Positions 60,475 through 64,000 of a stretch of DNA of 64,000 nucleotides are shown here, piece by piece (within the stretch, counting starts at the first letter, position 1; each line of letters starts with the position of its first letter). A program made the position numbers and the translations under genes. The stretch is from Trichosphaerium sp. ATCC 40318 (taxonomy: Eukaryota > Protista > Tubulinea), in the NCBI GenBank assembly GCA_038496445.1, contig JALMLS010000289.1:1-64000 (forward strand). Direction: 5' to 3'. The notes under the pieces are model-generated. The model made no database searches, was not told the DNA's origin, and saw only the letters and a program-made list of their open reading frames with translations.

Positions 60475-63077
60475 TCATTTTTTGTCCTTACTTTTTTTAT
60501 CTTTTTTATGTTTCTTTCTCTTGTGCTTACGCTCTTCTTTACCACTACTAGAATCTCGTCTTTTACGTTTTTTATCCTTTTTATGTTTTTTATGTTTTTT
60601 ATCCTTTTTATCCTTTCCTTTCTTGCCATTTGAGGATACAACATCCTCATCATCACCGCCATCATCATCATTACTATCACCACTATTTTTATCTAATTCT
60701 TTCGAAACACTACCGAGTTTGGTAGACTTTTGTTTTTCTTCAACTTTTTCGTCCTTTTCGGACCCACTATCATTTTGAGACTCTTCATCTTCATTCTTTT
60801 CAACACTGTCTCCTTTATCTTCCTCTACAGAAGGCGTAGAAGCATTGTCTCCTTTATCATCTTCAAGAACTTTCGAATTATTTTTTTCATCGACGACAGC
60901 GATGGTATCAAATGTGGGTATGACTATGTGACTGTATTTATCTTCTCGTACTGTATTAAACTTGAAACCAGCAACTTTTTTTCTCTTGAAAAAAAAGTTA
61001 CCAGACATCATTTTCTTCAGTTGTATTGGATCAAATGATGCTCCTACAACCTCTTCTGGCTTCTCGTCAACAACATCAAAGTGATCTATCTCTGGTTTTG
61101 GCGTTTTAACGACTTTTGAGAAGACATTCTTAATAAACTTTTCTGAGTATCTAAGAGGAACTTGAAGCTCGTTGTCTTTTGATACTACATCATTAACACC
61201 CGATTCAAGTCGCTCATATATTGCGCTACTACTATTTACAGTACCAGGGATAGCGTTTCTATACATAAAGAAGTCAGGAAAGTCCCAGTCACGGAAGAAA
61301 TAGAAAGAGTCTCAAATTTTGTGTAAACAAAGATGTGCATACCGTAGCCATACACGAGCATCCATAGCACTTCTAACTAAGCATTTGAACCATACAAAAG
61401 ATTCTCCGTATGGTTTATCATCAAGGCAAGGATTTCGTTCATTCAGAGTCTTGAAAACAAACGTTAACAGGTAGAAAGTAAGCAAAAAAAAAAAAAGGGG
61501 GAACAAACAGAATGTTCAACAATGTGCGAAAGCCATTTTTTTGTGACATGTGATACGTTACAGAAATAAATCACGGGGTATTCGAAAACATAGAATTAGG
61601 CTACACTTTCGACGTGTTATGGAACAAAACAAAGTTAAAGAACGAAGCCATGAAGCAAATGAATGTAGGTTTTTTCTGGTTTTTGATTTTTTTTGACGTA
61701 CTTGAAGAAGTTTTAGATATCTTCCTTGTATTAATCTCCGCGGTTTTAATTCATTGCTCACGCGAGAGAAATTAGACTGTTTATGAGATGCATAAGTTAC
61801 TTGAAGACAAGGGTCATCTGTTATACGAGCATTACTCGTACACAAAGCACCACATGCTGTCCAAACAGCCTATAAAAATATTTGTTAGAAATAACAATGT
61901 GAAAAAAAAAACTACTTCAAGAAGTTCTTCTCTTCAAGTTAGAATATCTTCGGAGTCTCAAAAGAAAAAAAAGTATTTTCGATTTTTTTATCAAAAGTCA
62001 GTTTCGTTTGTTGTATGCTTGTGTACCTTTTTCTTGACTTCAATACGACTTTTGCCCTGGGTTGAAGATATTTCTGCTCCGTTTGCAGATACAACACATT
62101 TCCATCGCTTTATCAAGGTATAAGAACAATTGCAAGTCGAAACAAAAACGAATAGAAACTTTGTAAAATCAAAAACTTCAATGACCCTAACTAAGGCACT
62201 CTATACGCACACCGTCACTCCCTGTGCATTTCAATTTCGGTTCACTACAATCTAAAACCTTTGTGCAATAATCGTTCAAGAAGGTAGTAGCATCACTAGA
62301 CAGTGTTTAGCCCAAGGTTGTAAAGAAAGTCCTGTTGAATGCATTTCTTCAAAAAACAAAACAATTCTCAGTTGAGTGCTACCCAACCGCTTATCCTTTT
62401 TGATGGTTTGATGGCTTACCTGCTGTCACAAGATAATATAGATGATATCAACACGAATCTATGAGGTATATCACGCCCAGCAGCGCGTAACAGAGATATC
62501 GCCTTATCAGTCATTCTGTCAAAAATGTCATAATCTTCCCACCCTTTTCTGTGTTTTTCTTGCTTTGCGGCCAATACTTCTCGCTTTTGACGTTCTTCTA
62601 CTTCGCTTGGATCCTCTTTCTTGGGTGCTATGCTTCCCAGACTCTTTACTGTCGTTTTTCTTCTTTTGAAAGGTCGTTTCACTGTTTTTGTTGGTTGTGA
62701 CGCTGTTTCCGTGGTCGAGAACAGTGAGCTTGCCCAATCTTCGCTACAAAGTGGTGTCAAAGACAAAAGTAAAAGAAAACGCTGTAAAACGCCACGAATA
62801 TGAAAGTTAACGCGTAGGTTTGCATTGTTTTCGCGTTTCTTAAATTTGGTTATGTTATTTTGAATTAAAACGCGCAACGTACATCTTATCGTCTGTAAAA
62901 TTAGTATCGCGAGCTAATGCTTCCTCTGCACGTCTTTTCTTCCATCTAACTATTTAATTTCCATGCAATACGTTGTATAACGTACTTTCCCACGCCTTTC
63001 TGGTTTGCTAGAGTATAATGCTTTTTCTTGGCTGCTTCCCTTTGTCTAACACTATCTTTCCAGTGTTTACCCTGCAT
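60475..63077 (-). CDS. Nuclear protein with a dsRNA-binding-like domain and an acidic/Lys-rich C-terminus (multi-exon)
   Basis: EPKLKCTGSDG|LIKRWKCVVSANGAEISSTQGKSRIEVKKK|AVWTACGAL resembles a dsRBM; tail KKDKKHKKHKKDKKRKRR. Confidence 0.55.
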
Positions 63078-63414
63078 TATAGGTCTACAATTTGAACAGC
63101 AACGACAACCACAACGAACTTAATCGTGGGCACCTTTTTTGCTCCTAAGCCGCGAATTACTCGGTCAACAAACTTCGGACTTGCCCTTTTTCTCCGAGAT
63201 ACAAAGCCATTTCGTTTGTGCACTTTGTTATTGTCCTTTGAGTGATTCGTAATTGCTTCTTGTTTAGAAAGCATGTCACAAAGAGAAAATGATACCGCGA
63301 TTAAATTATTAGCATGTTTAATGAATCTCTGCAAAACTACAAACAACCCTTTTGTAACACACATTTCGAATGTTCTTTTTTTTAAATACCACAGAGTACA
63401 CCTAACCAGCGGAG

Positions 63415-64000
63415 ATGAAACTACTACTGCTGTTATTCCTGGCTTTATTTGTTACAACGACGAAGAGTCAAAGTGTCATTGACAGTTTGGCTGTATTTCA
63501 GCCTGTTATACGCGCTGAAGGTACACTAGCTGGTACCACCATAGAAAATCAGAGTCCAGCGCCTGTACCGGATCCTTCATACTTGGGAAGTCGTCTTCTC
63601 TACGCGCGAGCAGATAATGCCAACCAAGGAGACGAAGTAGCTACCAGAGCACCAACAGGTGGCTTACAATGTAACGTTGGGTCTGGATCTAGTGGTATTT
63701 GCGAATGGCGTTATAGCTCTATTGCTAATGTAGACTTACTCGCAAATGGCTGTGGTACGCTTACTTTGTATTTGCGTAAAGGTCTAAGCGCTATTCAATA
63801 TTTATTTCACTTTAAACAACAAAATTCAAGTTTGTTTGCTTATAATTAATATCTACAGCCTATTTGTTTTTAATTTAAAACGCTTTCACACGTCTACCGC
63901 GAGAAACATATCGTATGCTAATCTTTTTTTTTTTTCTCTAAACAGGTTGCTTCGCACTGACAGAAGATGGTCCTGATCAAATTCATAGACTACAAGTCAC
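63415..64000 (+). CDS. Secreted protein, truncated by window end
   Basis: Signal peptide MKLLLLLFLALFVTTTKS; exon ends near TLTL|GTATTT; next exon after ...AAACAG at ~63945. Confidence 0.7.

Noticed and set aside
1-64000. Alternative genetic code (stop-codon reassignment)
   Set aside because: In-frame stops in conserved genes fall inside canonical introns, and TAA, TAG and TGA all appear as terminal stops.

Overview
AT-rich, gene-dense, intron-rich eukaryotic DNA. Introns are short, with GTACGT/GTAAGT/GTATGC donors and T-rich acceptors. The gene set (Roco GTPase, RasGEF, Frizzled/Smoothened-like 7TM receptor, SH2 protein, F-box/MORN proteins) suggests an amoebozoan or similar protist (inference). 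I reconstructed about 28 spliced genes by eye, so exon boundaries are approximate. Housekeeping-type genes include a prolyl 4-hydroxylase, RasGEF, GST, serine racemase and SRR1. Main observations: (1) a secreted Reeler-domain gene whose frame runs through a stalk and TM segment into a second, internal signal peptide that would expose an N-terminal His of an LPMO-like copper histidine-brace domain, i.e. a candidate signal-peptidase-cleaved polyprotein; (2) an F-box-MORN-Roc-COR protein with a PARP-type (H-Y-E) domain in place of a kinase; (3) a 5-33 kb accessory stretch with catalytically dead eIF4A and USP paralogues, F-box/MORN genes and an inverted ~420 bp repeat carrying tRNA-Leu copies, one with a UGA (Ser) anticodon; (4) a p1-like subunit of the MTA1c/AMT1 6mA methyltransferase complex; (5) a bacterial-type SnoaL-like cyclase with an intron; (6) apparent CACGTG enrichment. 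All family calls come from recognising motifs; no searches were run.
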